Source: Xylella taiwanensis
Lineage (GTDB): Bacteria > Pseudomonadota > Gammaproteobacteria > Xanthomonadales > Xanthomonadaceae
Length of the DNA: 32,000 nucleotides
Assembly: GCF_013177435.1 (NCBI RefSeq)
Contig: NZ_CP053627.1
Coordinates: 2,190,001 to 2,222,000, forward strand
Reading direction: 5' to 3'
Part shown: one piece after another, positions 9,246-18,621 of the stretch
Layout of the letters: every line of letters starts with the position of its first letter
Numbering within the stretch: position 1 is the first letter of the stretch
Notes under the pieces: generated by a model
What the model was told of the DNA's origin: nothing
Database searches by the model: none
The model's input: only the letters and a program-made list of their open reading frames with translations
Made by a program: the position numbers and the translations under genes

Positions 9246-9905
9246 AGCAGGGTAGCCACTGCGAGCAAAAAGCGGTGAGTCCACCGTCAACCTGCTGATC
9301 ATCAGCAAAGCACAACGTCGATTACGCTTTGCAAACGCAGCTGAATCGGCAAAACATCCGGAGCATAGCGACCGATCACCTGAACGTCCTTACTGATCGG
9401 GAATTTCTCTAAGTTTCACAACACCCTTGGCAGCCAGATGCCGTGCGACACCCAAAGCAACCAGATGTTGGCGTATCGGCTCCCTCCACCAGTGGCTGGC
9501 TAGAGCAGGATCGTGACACTGCACAACGCATGTGTTTTCTTACCAGCCACAGTCATTTTCTCGCACATCGCAAAGGTGACATCGTCATTCAAGCGGAAAA
9601 ACTATTTCATTTTCTTCGCTGCTCGGCTCATAAAAGTCATTAAATCGGAAACCGAGCACCTTCAAGCCAACCGCACGCATTTCACCATACAAGGCTTACG
9701 GACCTCCGTATTCCGAGATCAAACCGCACTTCGAAGCAACGTTGCAGACCAATCACCGTTTGCCAGTGTCGTCACCAAGAACCGCAAGCTGACCGCCAGT
9801 TGCATGGCAATAAGTCAGATGAGATGTCGTATGGATAGGACCGGCAACAGCATCACGCGAAACCATCGCCAAGCGCAGCATGACAGCCCACACTGGAAAA
9901 CAAAT

Positions 9906-11276
9906 TCAGAACGGAGCATCCGAGCCAGCGTCGCTTTCACCCTCGTCCACATCCAAGCCATCGAACAGCACCTGGGTCTGCTCATGTGACAACGACTCCA
10001 CACCCTGCAGGCGGCGCTCGATGGTACGGGTCTTACGACCAGCCTCGCCCAGACTCTTGCCAACCGTGCTGATTTGCTTTTCGGCTTTCTCAAGGATTCC
10101 AGCAAATTTTCCGAACTCGCTTTTCACCGCCCCCAGTAAGCGCCACACCTCACTAGAGCGCTGCTCAATCGCCAGCGTGCGAAACCCCATTTGCAAGCTG
10201 TTGAGAAGCGCTGTCACCGTGGTCGGACCAGCCACCACGACACGATGCTCACGTTGTAACAGATCGGTCAAACCAGGACGGCGGATCGTTTCAGCGTACA
10301 ACCCCTCGGTGGGCAGGAACATCACCGCGAAATCGGTGGTGTGCGGTGGAACGATGTACTTTTCACGAATCGACTTCGCCTGGATCTTAATCGCACGCTC
10401 CAATTGCATCCCCATCGTACGCACCAATTCCTGATCCCCCTGCTCCTGAGCATCGAGCAAACGTTCGTAATCTTCGCGCGGGAATTTAACATCGACCGGC
10501 AACCATACCGGGGCTTCGTATTGACCACGCCCGGGCAAGCGCACTGCAAAATCGACGATTTCTTTGGCATCCGGACACACACGCACACCACGCGCGTATT
10601 GCTCCTGAGTGAGCGTTTGTTCGAGGATGTTGTCCAGCTGAACCTCACCCCAGGTGCCACGGCTCTTAACGCTCGTCAACACACGCTTGAGATCACCCAC
10701 ACCCGTCGCCAATTGCTGCATCTCGCCAAGACCACGCTGCACCTGTTCCAGGCGCTCAGAAACCAACTTGAACGATGAATCCAGGCGGGTATTCAGAGTC
10801 GTCTGGAGCTTCTCATCAACCATGACGCGTATCTGCTCGAGCTGCTGCGCATTGTCAGCTCGCAGCACACCCAGTTGCTGCTCTAAAGTGGTACGCATCT
10901 CATTGATAGACTGCGCGTTGCGCTGTGTCAGCTCCGTCAGGCGCTGGCCAAGCGCATCCGCAAAACGTTGCTGACCCTCACCAACCTCTTGACGCGCCTT
11001 ACGGGCGTCGTCACCAAGTGCGGCACACAACTGATCCAGGCGTTGATCGATACGGGCGGACAGGTCCGTGAGAGAACGTGCGAAACTCGCCAGCCGCACC
11101 TCCTGTTGCCGATCCAGGGCCTCAAGCTGCTCACGCAGTTCAGCACGACCAACGCGCTGTTCCTCCCGCAACACATGATCGAGCGCAGCATGGTCGGTTC
11201 TCCGCAGCAAAACAAAGATCTGCAGCACCAGGACAATACAAAGAAGGCATCCAAGAATCAGAAAATCGGGTTGCAT
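9906..11276 (-). CDS. rmuC: DNA recombination protein RmuC
   Basis: 456 aa: N-terminal TM helix, a long coiled-coil region, and a C-terminal RmuC-type nuclease-like domain (FAVMFLPTEGLYAE, HRVVVAGPTTVTALL). Confidence 0.88.
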   Translation of the reverse strand: MQPDFLILGCLLCIVLVLQIFVLLRRTDHAALDHVLREEQRVGRAELREQLEALDRQQEVRLASFARSLTDLSARIDQRLDQLCAALGDDARKARQEVGEGQQRFADALGQRLTELTQRNAQSINEMRTTLEQQLGVLRADNAQQLEQIRVMVDEKLQTTLNTRLDSSFKLVSERLEQVQRGLGEMQQLATGVGDLKRVLTSVKSRGTWGEVQLDNILEQTLTQEQYARGVRVCPDAKEIVDFAVRLPGRGQYEAPVWLPVDVKFPREDYERLLDAQEQGDQELVRTMGMQLERAIKIQAKSIREKYIVPPHTTDFAVMFLPTEGLYAETIRRPGLTDLLQREHRVVVAGPTTVTALLNSLQMGFRTLAIEQRSSEVWRLLGAVKSEFGKFAGILEKAEKQISTVGKSLGEAGRKTRTIERRLQGVESLSHEQTQVLFDGLDVDEGESDAGSDAPF

Positions 11277-11655
11277 GTGGGCAGTGTAACGGTATACCTC
11301 TGCGTCGTTTCACCATAAGACGACAGAGCGCAGCGTCCCGGAGCGATCAGCTAGCAAGTGCTCCATCTGTGAAGTACTCGTGACTGCACCATCCTCCTCC
11401 GGTTCAACAGATGGTTTCTGGACCAATCACAGCGATCCAAGCCAAGACATGGTGTAACCAGAATCTGCTGCGACACAATCAACGACCGGCATCCAATACA
11501 CTCAATATGTAGCGCCACATCAAGATCACATGGCGTGTACGCTAGCGGCGACTCTCTGACAGCAAGCAGAACATCATGCATCACATGATGCCGGGCTCAC
11601 TCAACGCACAGATTGCGGTGAACGTGCGCCTACAACTACCGCACCTTCTCTCGGT

Positions 11656-12957
11656 TCAACTCGGATTTTCCAGGGTGAGCAACCCTGCTTGCTCATCGTA
11701 AGCAAAGTATTCGGCATAACGCGACCAACTGATCACGGCCTTCAGCGTCTGCGTAGCACTGCCTTCAGACATGTAATCCTCCAGCTCATCGGTAAAACGG
11801 CTCAACGGTGCTCGATGACTGACACGGTCATCAAGGACACGGCGAATGTGAGCCGCAAGTGGCACATAAGTCGCCAACTGCTGACAGAACAACCGCTTGC
11901 GCTCATCGGTGGTACCGTCAACAAAACGTTGCCCAGCCACAGTCAGACGTAGATCACCGGACTCAAACTCGGCGAAGCGCAGCAACTGCAAAGTCTCAGC
12001 GATCGGAAACAAATCATCGATTTCCAATTGCAAACTGGCCGCCAATGGCGGCAAGTCGGCTTGACCGTGATAGGGCTCGGCTGCCACTGTTTCGAGTAGA
12101 CCGGCTAACAAGTTCGACGACACCTGCGGCAACACCATGCCGATACCAGTCCCTGGGAAATGGCCTTCACGCGCGGGCGCGGACGAACGCACTGTCATAC
12201 GCGCATAGATGTCCTCCACCAGGACACGGAACGCTGGATCCAGACGGTTACGCGGCTGTGGCAGAGTCACTGCAATCTCGCCAATCACCCGCCCCGGATT
12301 GGAACCGAAGATCATAATGCGGTCACACATCAACACCGCCTCCTCGATGTTATGGGTCACCATCAGGATCGACTCAATCGGCATCCGTCCCTCGCTCCAC
12401 AAGTCGAGCAAATCAGTACGCAACGTCTCGGCAGTCAGTACGTCCAACGCCGAGAACGGCTCGTCCATCAGCAACACTTTAGGATGCACGACCAATGCAC
12501 GCGCCAAGCCCACACGCTGACGCATGCCACCGGATAACTCCTTCGGATAGGCGTTTTCGTAGCCGTCCATGCCAATCAAGTCAATCGCCGCCAACGCACG
12601 CCGGCGCCGCTCCTCCGGCAACACACCGCGTGCCTCAAGACCCACTTCCACGTTCTGCTGTACCGTCAGCCATGGAAACAACGCAAAACTCTGAAATACC
12701 ATCGCCAATCCATCCAGCCCACCGTCGCGGTAGACGATCTCACCCGTCGTAGGCTGCAACAGCCCAGCAATCGCTCGCAACAAGGTGGATTTACCTGAAC
12801 CGGATCGTCCAAGCAAACCCACAATTTCACCCGAATGCAAGCTCAGGTCGACATTCTCTAACACCACTAACGACGCGGCGGCGCCTTTGTCGTAAGTCTT
12901 ACAAACCCCGCGCACGCTAACCAGGGGGCTGTTCTGAGGGGTGTCAGACAAGTTCAT
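11656..12957 (-). CDS. NitT/TauT-family ABC transporter ATP-binding protein with a roughly 190-aa C-terminal extension (AAA-associated C-terminal domain type)
   Basis: Walker A GRSGSGKSTL, signature LSGGMRQRVGLARA, Walker B LLMDEPFSALD, H-loop VTHNIEEA. The preferred start is ATG 12957 (MNLSDTPQ), with a GGAG 9 nt upstream. The track start at 13023 would overlap the permease gene. Confidence 0.85.
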   Translation of the reverse strand: MNLSDTPQNSPLVSVRGVCKTYDKGAAASLVVLENVDLSLHSGEIVGLLGRSGSGKSTLLRAIAGLLQPTTGEIVYRDGGLDGLAMVFQSFALFPWLTVQQNVEVGLEARGVLPEERRRRALAAIDLIGMDGYENAYPKELSGGMRQRVGLARALVVHPKVLLMDEPFSALDVLTAETLRTDLLDLWSEGRMPIESILMVTHNIEEAVLMCDRIMIFGSNPGRVIGEIAVTLPQPRNRLDPAFRVLVEDIYARMTVRSSAPAREGHFPGTGIGMVLPQVSSNLLAGLLETVAAEPYHGQADLPPLAASLQLEIDDLFPIAETLQLLRFAEFESGDLRLTVAGQRFVDGTTDERKRLFCQQLATYVPLAAHIRRVLDDRVSHRAPLSRFTDELEDYMSEGSATQTLKAVISWSRYAEYFAYDEQAGLLTLENPS

Positions 12958-12988
12958 TGATGAACTCCAGTCGAAAGCAGAAAAAGAG

Positions 12989-14746
12989 TCAATCCAAGCG
13001 CAGGCGGCGCTCCGCAAAGACAAACAAACGACGCCACAACACGCGGTTGAAAACGGTGACGAACAACGACATCACCACAACGCCGAGGAGCACGCGTGGG
13101 TAGTCGCCAGCCGCCGTTGCACTTGCGATGTAAGCACCCAGACCATAGGCTTTCACATGCTGGTCTCCCCAACTAACCAGTTCGGCGACGATACTGGCGT
13201 TCCAAGACCCACCTGAGGCCGTCAGCGCCCCGGTCAAGTAATAAGGAAAGATCCCAGGCAACATCACCCGGCGCCACCAAGTCCACGAACGCAGCCGGTA
13301 CACCTGAGCAGCCTCACGCAGGTCGGTCGGGAACGCGCTCGCTCCAGCAATCACGTTGAACAAGATGTACCACTGGGTGCCCAGTACCATCAGCGGCGAC
13401 AGCCAAATGTTCGGATTCGCTCCCATGGTCACAATCGCGACCACCGCAAATGGGAACAGTACGTTGGCCGGAAAGGCCGCCAGAAACTGTACCAGCGGCT
13501 GGACCCGCTGTGCGAGCACCGGACGCAATCCAATCCACACCCCAATCGGCACCCAAATCAGCGAGGCCAACGCGATCAACACGACCACTCTCAACAAGGT
13601 TGCTAAACCGCCACCCAATGCCGCCGCAAGATCAGCCCAACCCAGGGTACGCCGTATCTCATCGAATACAAAAAAGATGCAAGCGGCGGCCACAGCAAAT
13701 ACGACCACACACCACAATCGATCAGTACGCACGCCACCGACCCGAGGTGACGCATACACCACTGGCACCCCATTGCGCTTCGTCCAACGTAGCATCAGCA
13801 CACGCTGCCAAAGCCGAGTGAGGGGTGCAGCCAGGCACTTCAACAGCCTGGTACGGCAAATCAGATCATAAACCCAGGATCTTGGCACCTGACGACCGGC
13901 CGTCAGCTCAACCCGAAACTTATCGGCCCAAACCACAATCGGGCGAAATAGCAATTGGTCGTAAAGCAAGATGAGCAACGCCATCGCCGCCACCGCCCAA
14001 GCGACTGCACCAAAGTGCTGGTGTGCGATCGCCAATGCTAAATAGGAACCGATGCCTGGAAGCGTCACCGTGGTGTCGCCCACCGTGATCGCTTCGGACG
14101 CCACCACGAAGAACCAACCACCCGACATCGACATCATCATGTTCCAAATGAGCCCAGGCATCGCGAACGGCACCTCCAACCTCCAGAAACGCAACCAGGC
14201 AGAGAAGCCAAAGCCAAGACTGACCTCCTGCAAATCGCGTGGCACGGTGCGCAGTGACTGGTAGAACGAGAACGCCATATTCCATGCCTGACTGGTAAAC
14301 AACGCGAATACCGAGGCACACTCGGCACCCAGTTGGCTGCCCGGAAATAGCCCGAGAAAGAACGTCACGGTAAATGTCAGAAACCCCAACACCGGCACCG
14401 ACTGCAACACATCCAAGGCTGGCACAATCATCCGTTCAGCACGCTGACTCTTGGCGGCCAACGTTGCAACCACAAAGGTAAACACCAGTGAGGCCGCCAT
14501 CGCTGCAAACATGCGCAATGTGGTGCGCAAACCATACTCAGGCAGGTGTGCTGGATCCAACGACACCGCTTCCATGGGCAACGCGCTCAGCGGCGCGCGC
14601 GCGCCTTCGGCACCCTGGACTAGAGCAATCCCCAGGGCCAACATCAACGCCAGCGCCACCAGGTCATAGACGTTGGGTAGCAACTGCGCACGCAGCAACG
14701 AAGCTACGGCAGGATGAACAGGGCGGTCTCGAGAAACAAACACCAT
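12989..14746 (-). CDS. ABC transporter permease with two fused BPD-type transmembrane domains
   Basis: Two EAA-like loops are present: DLQEVSLGFGFSAWLRFWRLEVPFAMPG and DLREAAQVYRLRSWTWWRRVMLPGIFP. The preferred start is ATG 14746 (MVFVSRD), preceded by AGGAGG with a 6-nt spacer. The track ORF extends to GTG 14785. Confidence 0.85.
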   Translation of the reverse strand: MVFVSRDRPVHPAVASLLRAQLLPNVYDLVALALMLALGIALVQGAEGARAPLSALPMEAVSLDPAHLPEYGLRTTLRMFAAMAASLVFTFVVATLAAKSQRAERMIVPALDVLQSVPVLGFLTFTVTFFLGLFPGSQLGAECASVFALFTSQAWNMAFSFYQSLRTVPRDLQEVSLGFGFSAWLRFWRLEVPFAMPGLIWNMMMSMSGGWFFVVASEAITVGDTTVTLPGIGSYLALAIAHQHFGAVAWAVAAMALLILLYDQLLFRPIVVWADKFRVELTAGRQVPRSWVYDLICRTRLLKCLAAPLTRLWQRVLMLRWTKRNGVPVVYASPRVGGVRTDRLWCVVVFAVAAACIFFVFDEIRRTLGWADLAAALGGGLATLLRVVVLIALASLIWVPIGVWIGLRPVLAQRVQPLVQFLAAFPANVLFPFAVVAIVTMGANPNIWLSPLMVLGTQWYILFNVIAGASAFPTDLREAAQVYRLRSWTWWRRVMLPGIFPYYLTGALTASGGSWNASIVAELVSWGDQHVKAYGLGAYIASATAAGDYPRVLLGVVVMSLFVTVFNRVLWRRLFVFAERRLRLD

Positions 14747-15504
14747 GCGGAACCTCCTGATTTCCATGGACGGGAAGAACGGCACGCAGGCAGCCTCAAC
14801 CCAAAGTACGGCAACCGATACAACACCTCAAAGCAGCCGCAATAGCGTATGAAGTTTGAGTGACATCCGCGATCTTCGAGGACGAAAACAACATCGGCAA
14901 GACCTTTGCTTCTTTAGGAGATCCAGCGATCAGTACAGGCAAAATGAAAAAGAGAAACCGCTGCTTGCGCCGTCCGTGGAGCCTCGGTCCGGAACAGACG
15001 TCATCAACGTGGAATCAAGCAGTCCGTCGGCTCAGGCACTGCACCGAGATCGACTAGACTAGAAGTAGTGCCGTCGGAGAATTTTAAATGCCGCGCACAA
15101 TAGGCCCAACACGCAAAGTACGTCAAGAGGATTGATGCAAAGAGTCCATCCCTCCCCCAATCGCCCATGTGGCAAGCAATGTTGAAGCACTCCATACGGG
15201 CAGTCACACCCTCCTCCATGCAAACAAGAAACGTGTTGACTGTCATTGCATCCACGCTTCACCCTCACACAATCACGTTGTCCCTGACCCAACTCAGGGG
15301 TTGATATCAGAACGTGATGGGCGGACAACCACTCATTCAAAGTTCTGAGACAAGAAGGGCATTGAATCGTGACCATCCACGCTTGCAACAGGACTCACAG
15401 GCTGAGGCTGAACTGATTCACCCTTATTTAATGAGACACTTGATGACACCACATGCGTCAGATGCGTGTGCTTCTCTTCACTCACAGAGTCACTGAGGCG
15501 CGTC

Positions 15505-16947
15505 ATGTCATTGTTGCCATCGTTTCTACAGCGCAAGCCCATCGATCTGATCACCGTGCATGAAGCAGGGCGGCGACTGATCCCTACACTGAGCTGGCCA
15601 CATCTGATCGCACTGGGCATTGGTGCGATCGTTGGCACTGGCATCTACACCTTGATCGGGGTAGGCGCCGAAAAAGCCGGGCCAGCCGTACTTCTCTCGT
15701 TCGTCATCGCTGGCATCATCTGCGCCTGCGCAGCACTGGCATATGCCGAGATGGCAACCATGATGCCAGCCGCAGGGAGCACCTATACCTACAGCTATGT
15801 GGCTCTCGGGGAAGGAATCGCCTGGGTAGTGGGGTGGAGCCTCATATTGGAATACTCACTGGTGGTCAGCACGGTGGCCGTGGGATGGTCCGGTTACCTG
15901 ACTGGCTTCCTCAAGGGCATAGGCATCGACATGCCACTCGCGCTCACCGCCGGACCATATGCCGGCGGCATCATCAATCTTCCAGCGGTGATGATCACCT
16001 GTATTGTGGCTGGACTGCTCATCGTCGGCACAAAAGAAAGCACCACACTCAACGCGGTTCTGGTGGTGGTGAAGATTATTGCGCTCGCTGTGTTCGTCGT
16101 GATCGCGCTACCCCATTTCGATACGGCCAATCTGCAACCGTTCATGCCCTATGGCTTTTCCAAGTCAAGCGACGCCGGAGGGGTAGAACGCGGGGTCATG
16201 GCCGCTGCAGCCATCATTTTTTTTGCCTTCTATGGTTTCGACGCGATCTCCACGGCAGCCGAGGAAACCAAGAACCCAAGCCGCGACCTGTCAATCGGCA
16301 TCGTCGGCTCGATGATCGGCTGTACTTTGATTTACGTATTAGTCGCACTGGCTGCAGTCGGCGCAATGCACTACACCGTGTTTGGCCCCAGTCCTGAACC
16401 ATTGGCGCTGATCCTGCGGCAACTTGACCAGGGCAACACCGCCAAGTTCATCGGAGCGGCTGCGATCATCGCCTTACCAACGGTGCTGCTGGCCTTTTTA
16501 TACGGGCAAAGCCGCATCTTGTTCGTGATGTCTCGCGACGGGTTGCTCCCACACGGACTGTCCACAGTGAATGCACGTACAGGAACGCCGATAGCAACGA
16601 CGCTGTTCACCGCATCACTCGTGGCAACGCTGGCAGGGCTGGTGCGTCTGGACGAAATCGCCGCGCTGGCTAACGCGGGCACGCTGGCCGCGTTCATCGC
16701 AGTGGCTTCATGCATGCTTGTGCTGCGGGTACGTGAACCACAGCGCACCCGCACATTCCGTACACCGCTGGCTTGGGTCGTCGGGCCCGTCGCAATCGCT
16801 GGCTGTTTGTACCTGTTCTGGAGTCTGCCGAACATGACCCGGTCGCTTTTTCTGCTCTGGAACGTGCTGGGACTGTGCCTGTACCTGGTCTATGGCCGCC
16901 ACGCCAGCCGCCTATCGAAAGCTGCAAGCGCCGACACGCCTCAGTGA
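15505..16947 (+). CDS. APC-superfamily amino-acid permease (cationic amino-acid transporter-like)
   Basis: About 480 aa with roughly 12-14 TM segments and an N-terminal GIGAIVGTGIY motif. The preferred start is ATG 15505 (MSLLPSFLQ), with GAGG 6 nt upstream. The track ORF begins at 15466. Confidence 0.85.
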   Translation: MSLLPSFLQRKPIDLITVHEAGRRLIPTLSWPHLIALGIGAIVGTGIYTLIGVGAEKAGPAVLLSFVIAGIICACAALAYAEMATMMPAAGSTYTYSYVALGEGIAWVVGWSLILEYSLVVSTVAVGWSGYLTGFLKGIGIDMPLALTAGPYAGGIINLPAVMITCIVAGLLIVGTKESTTLNAVLVVVKIIALAVFVVIALPHFDTANLQPFMPYGFSKSSDAGGVERGVMAAAAIIFFAFYGFDAISTAAEETKNPSRDLSIGIVGSMIGCTLIYVLVALAAVGAMHYTVFGPSPEPLALILRQLDQGNTAKFIGAAAIIALPTVLLAFLYGQSRILFVMSRDGLLPHGLSTVNARTGTPIATTLFTASLVATLAGLVRLDEIAALANAGTLAAFIAVASCMLVLRVREPQRTRTFRTPLAWVVGPVAIAGCLYLFWSLPNMTRSLFLLWNVLGLCLYLVYGRHASRLSKAASADTPQ

Positions 16948-17179
16948 CCAAACATTCACCAGGATGAGCACATCACCTTCTGGATGCAAGCACTGCCGCT
17001 CACACGAGGGTTGAAGATGTTGGTGGGTATGGGCGTACTGCCGAATCGCCTAGATTCCTTCATGGTGGACGTCATGACGCTAAGCAAGAAGGAAGCTGCA
17101 AGCGCTGTGGATGATACTGGCTTGGCTGGTGCTGCTTCCGGAGGAAATATCTTCACAGAAAAACCTTTCGAGTTGCTCT

Positions 17180-18349
17180 TCAATCCAGAACGCGGCAGAA
17201 CACCGCCTTGAGGTAACGCGATTCCTGTACATGCGCCATGAACGGGTGATCCGGACCAGCGCCAGCCACTTTGAGAATTTGGATGGTACGGCCGGAATAG
17301 AATGCCGCGCGGCGCAGCATGTCCAAGAACTGCTCTTCGCTAATCAAGCCAGTGCAGGAAAACGTGGCAAACAGGCCGCCCGTTTTGACCACGCCCAGCG
17401 CCAACTTATTCATGTCCAGATATTTCTTCAGTGCGTTGATGATCTGATCACGGTCGCGAGTCATCTTGGCTGGATCGAGGATCACCACGTCGTATTGGTC
17501 TCCACGTACCGCCGCATCACGCAGGTACGGAAAGATGTCGGCCTGCAAAAATTTCGGGCAGACCCCGTTGAGCCTAGCATTGCCCTTGGCGATCTGAATC
17601 ACGTCCTGGTCGATGTCCACCGCCACTACATCCGCAGCACCGCGTAAAGCAGCATAGACCGCAAATCCTCCGGTATTGCAGCACAGGTCCAAGACCGTCT
17701 TTCCTGCAACATGCTGGCTCAACCACTGACGGTTTTCACGCTGGTCCGCAAAAAAGCCGGTCTTATGTGCACCAATCGGGTCAACACGGAACTTCACGCC
17801 ATGCTCGGTGATGACCACCGATTCAGTATCAATAGTGTGGTGAAGATCGAAGCTCTCCTGCTTCTGGACGTGTTCGTCAGCGAAGCTGTGGAAGTGGGCC
17901 CCTGGGAACTGCTGGCGTAACGCTGTGTAGATCCACTCCCGATGACGGAACATACCAGCCGCGAAGAATTGCACGACCAACAAGTCACCATAACGGTCCA
18001 CGACTAAACCGGACAGACCGTCACCCTCGCTGTGTACCACACGCCAAGCATCGGACACCGCTTCTAGCTGCAGCACCTCGCGGCGTAGCCCAACGGCCTC
18101 GGCAATCCTATGCACGAACCAGGCTTCATCTACCACCACATCCTGACGGGTTTCCAAAATACGTACCGCAATGCGCGAATGGCCATTGTAGAAACCACGC
18201 CCAATCCATTCCCCATCAACACCGACCACGTCGACGATACTGCCGGGTTTCAGACGGACGGAAGGCTTTTCCAGCAGCTTTTGGAAGAGCCACGGATGGC
18301 TGGAACGCCAGGCATTCTTGAGACGGATAACAGGGAGATCAGTAGACAT
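17180..18349 (-). CDS. rlmI: 23S rRNA m5C1962 methyltransferase RlmI (PUA plus class I SAM methyltransferase)
   Basis: 389 aa, collinear with E. coli RlmI as recalled: HPWLF, GLSGLVVDRYGD, HKTGFFADQR, LDLCCNTGGFAV, VVILDPAK, FSCTG, and a C-terminal YLKAVFCRV. Confidence 0.85.
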   Translation of the reverse strand: MSTDLPVIRLKNAWRSSHPWLFQKLLEKPSVRLKPGSIVDVVGVDGEWIGRGFYNGHSRIAVRILETRQDVVVDEAWFVHRIAEAVGLRREVLQLEAVSDAWRVVHSEGDGLSGLVVDRYGDLLVVQFFAAGMFRHREWIYTALRQQFPGAHFHSFADEHVQKQESFDLHHTIDTESVVITEHGVKFRVDPIGAHKTGFFADQRENRQWLSQHVAGKTVLDLCCNTGGFAVYAALRGAADVVAVDIDQDVIQIAKGNARLNGVCPKFLQADIFPYLRDAAVRGDQYDVVILDPAKMTRDRDQIINALKKYLDMNKLALGVVKTGGLFATFSCTGLISEEQFLDMLRRAAFYSGRTIQILKVAGAGPDHPFMAHVQESRYLKAVFCRVLD

Positions 18350-18375
18350 TGGCGTATTGTAGTTATTCCGCTCGG

Positions 18376-18404
18376 TTGACGTGCTTGTGCTCGACCCGCA
18401 GAAT
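18376..18404 (+). promoter_or_regulatory. Candidate sigma-70 promoter for the alx leader
   Basis: TTGACG (18376-18381), a 17-nt spacer, then CAGAAT (18399-18404). This places a transcript start just before the GGGGAGTAG element. Motif match only. Confidence 0.3.
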
Positions 18405-18410
18405 CGCGGT

Positions 18411-18605
18411 TAGAAGGGGAGTAGCTCCTACACGTTGTCACCGTCAGTACGGGCCCCTGCCATCAGCGACGGCCCCAGTGCAGCGGCAGTTGGCCGAGCC
18501 AGCTGCGAGCAAGAGCTTCGCCGCGCAGGCGAAGCTCTGCACCCGGAGTACAACGAGCTCCTGTATATAAGTCCTGCGCCCTAGCGACTTCAAGACCTTT
18601 TTCAT
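18411..18605 (+). ncRNA. yybP-ykoY (Mn2+-responsive) riboswitch-like leader of alx
   Basis: The hallmark GGGGAGTAGC is at 18416-18425. The 3' element CAAGACCTTT is at 18591-18600, and its CCTT can pair with the 5' AAGG. The leader sits immediately upstream of a TerC/Alx gene, a classic context for this riboswitch. The interior is longer than in textbook examples and contains a perfect 11-bp hairpin (18512-18538). Confidence 0.55.
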
Positions 18606-18621
18606 TTCACCGGACACTTAT

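Noticed and set aside
11351-11584. A 77-aa minus ORF and a CATCATG-CATCA-CATGATG hairpin in the spacer between rmuC and the ABC operon.
   Set aside because: The ORF is Cys- and Leu-rich with no start context. The hairpin lacks a following U-run, so calling it a terminator is unsupported.
12958-13023. Upstream start for the ABC ATPase at 13023, and the 13356-13871 plus and 13450-13821 plus ORFs antisense to the permease.
   Set aside because: The 13023 start would overlap the permease stop region and adds non-conserved residues, whereas ATG 12957 has a GGAG at proper spacing. The antisense ORFs sit inside a strongly supported permease frame.
14950-15000. A possible guanidine-I (ykkC)-like riboswitch in the minus-strand leader of the ABC operon. 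It reads GUUCCGG..ACCGAGG..CACGGACGGCG, which is reminiscent of recalled ykkC elements that often control NitT/TauT-type ABC transporters.
   Set aside because: The pieces are directly adjacent, without the intervening helices. The GGGA..AAAAGCCCGGGAGA-type 3' element is missing, and the overall length is far too short. Without a covariance-model score I treat this as coincidence. I also looked for TPP and cobalamin boxes in the same leader and found none.
15834-16951. ORFs overlapping the amino-acid permease: 15834-16397 plus (187 aa), 16371-16835 minus (154 aa) and 16694-16951 minus.
   Set aside because: They are embedded in a well-supported 480-aa transporter frame and have Arg/His/Gly-rich composition without motifs.
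16948-17211. Two 75-aa ORFs (16984-17211 plus and 16956-17183 minus) in the convergent gap between the permease and rlmI.
   Set aside because: They are mutually antisense, have no ribosome-binding site or motif, and the plus ORF overlaps the rlmI 3' end. They are probably non-coding. I also could not identify a convincing intrinsic terminator here.
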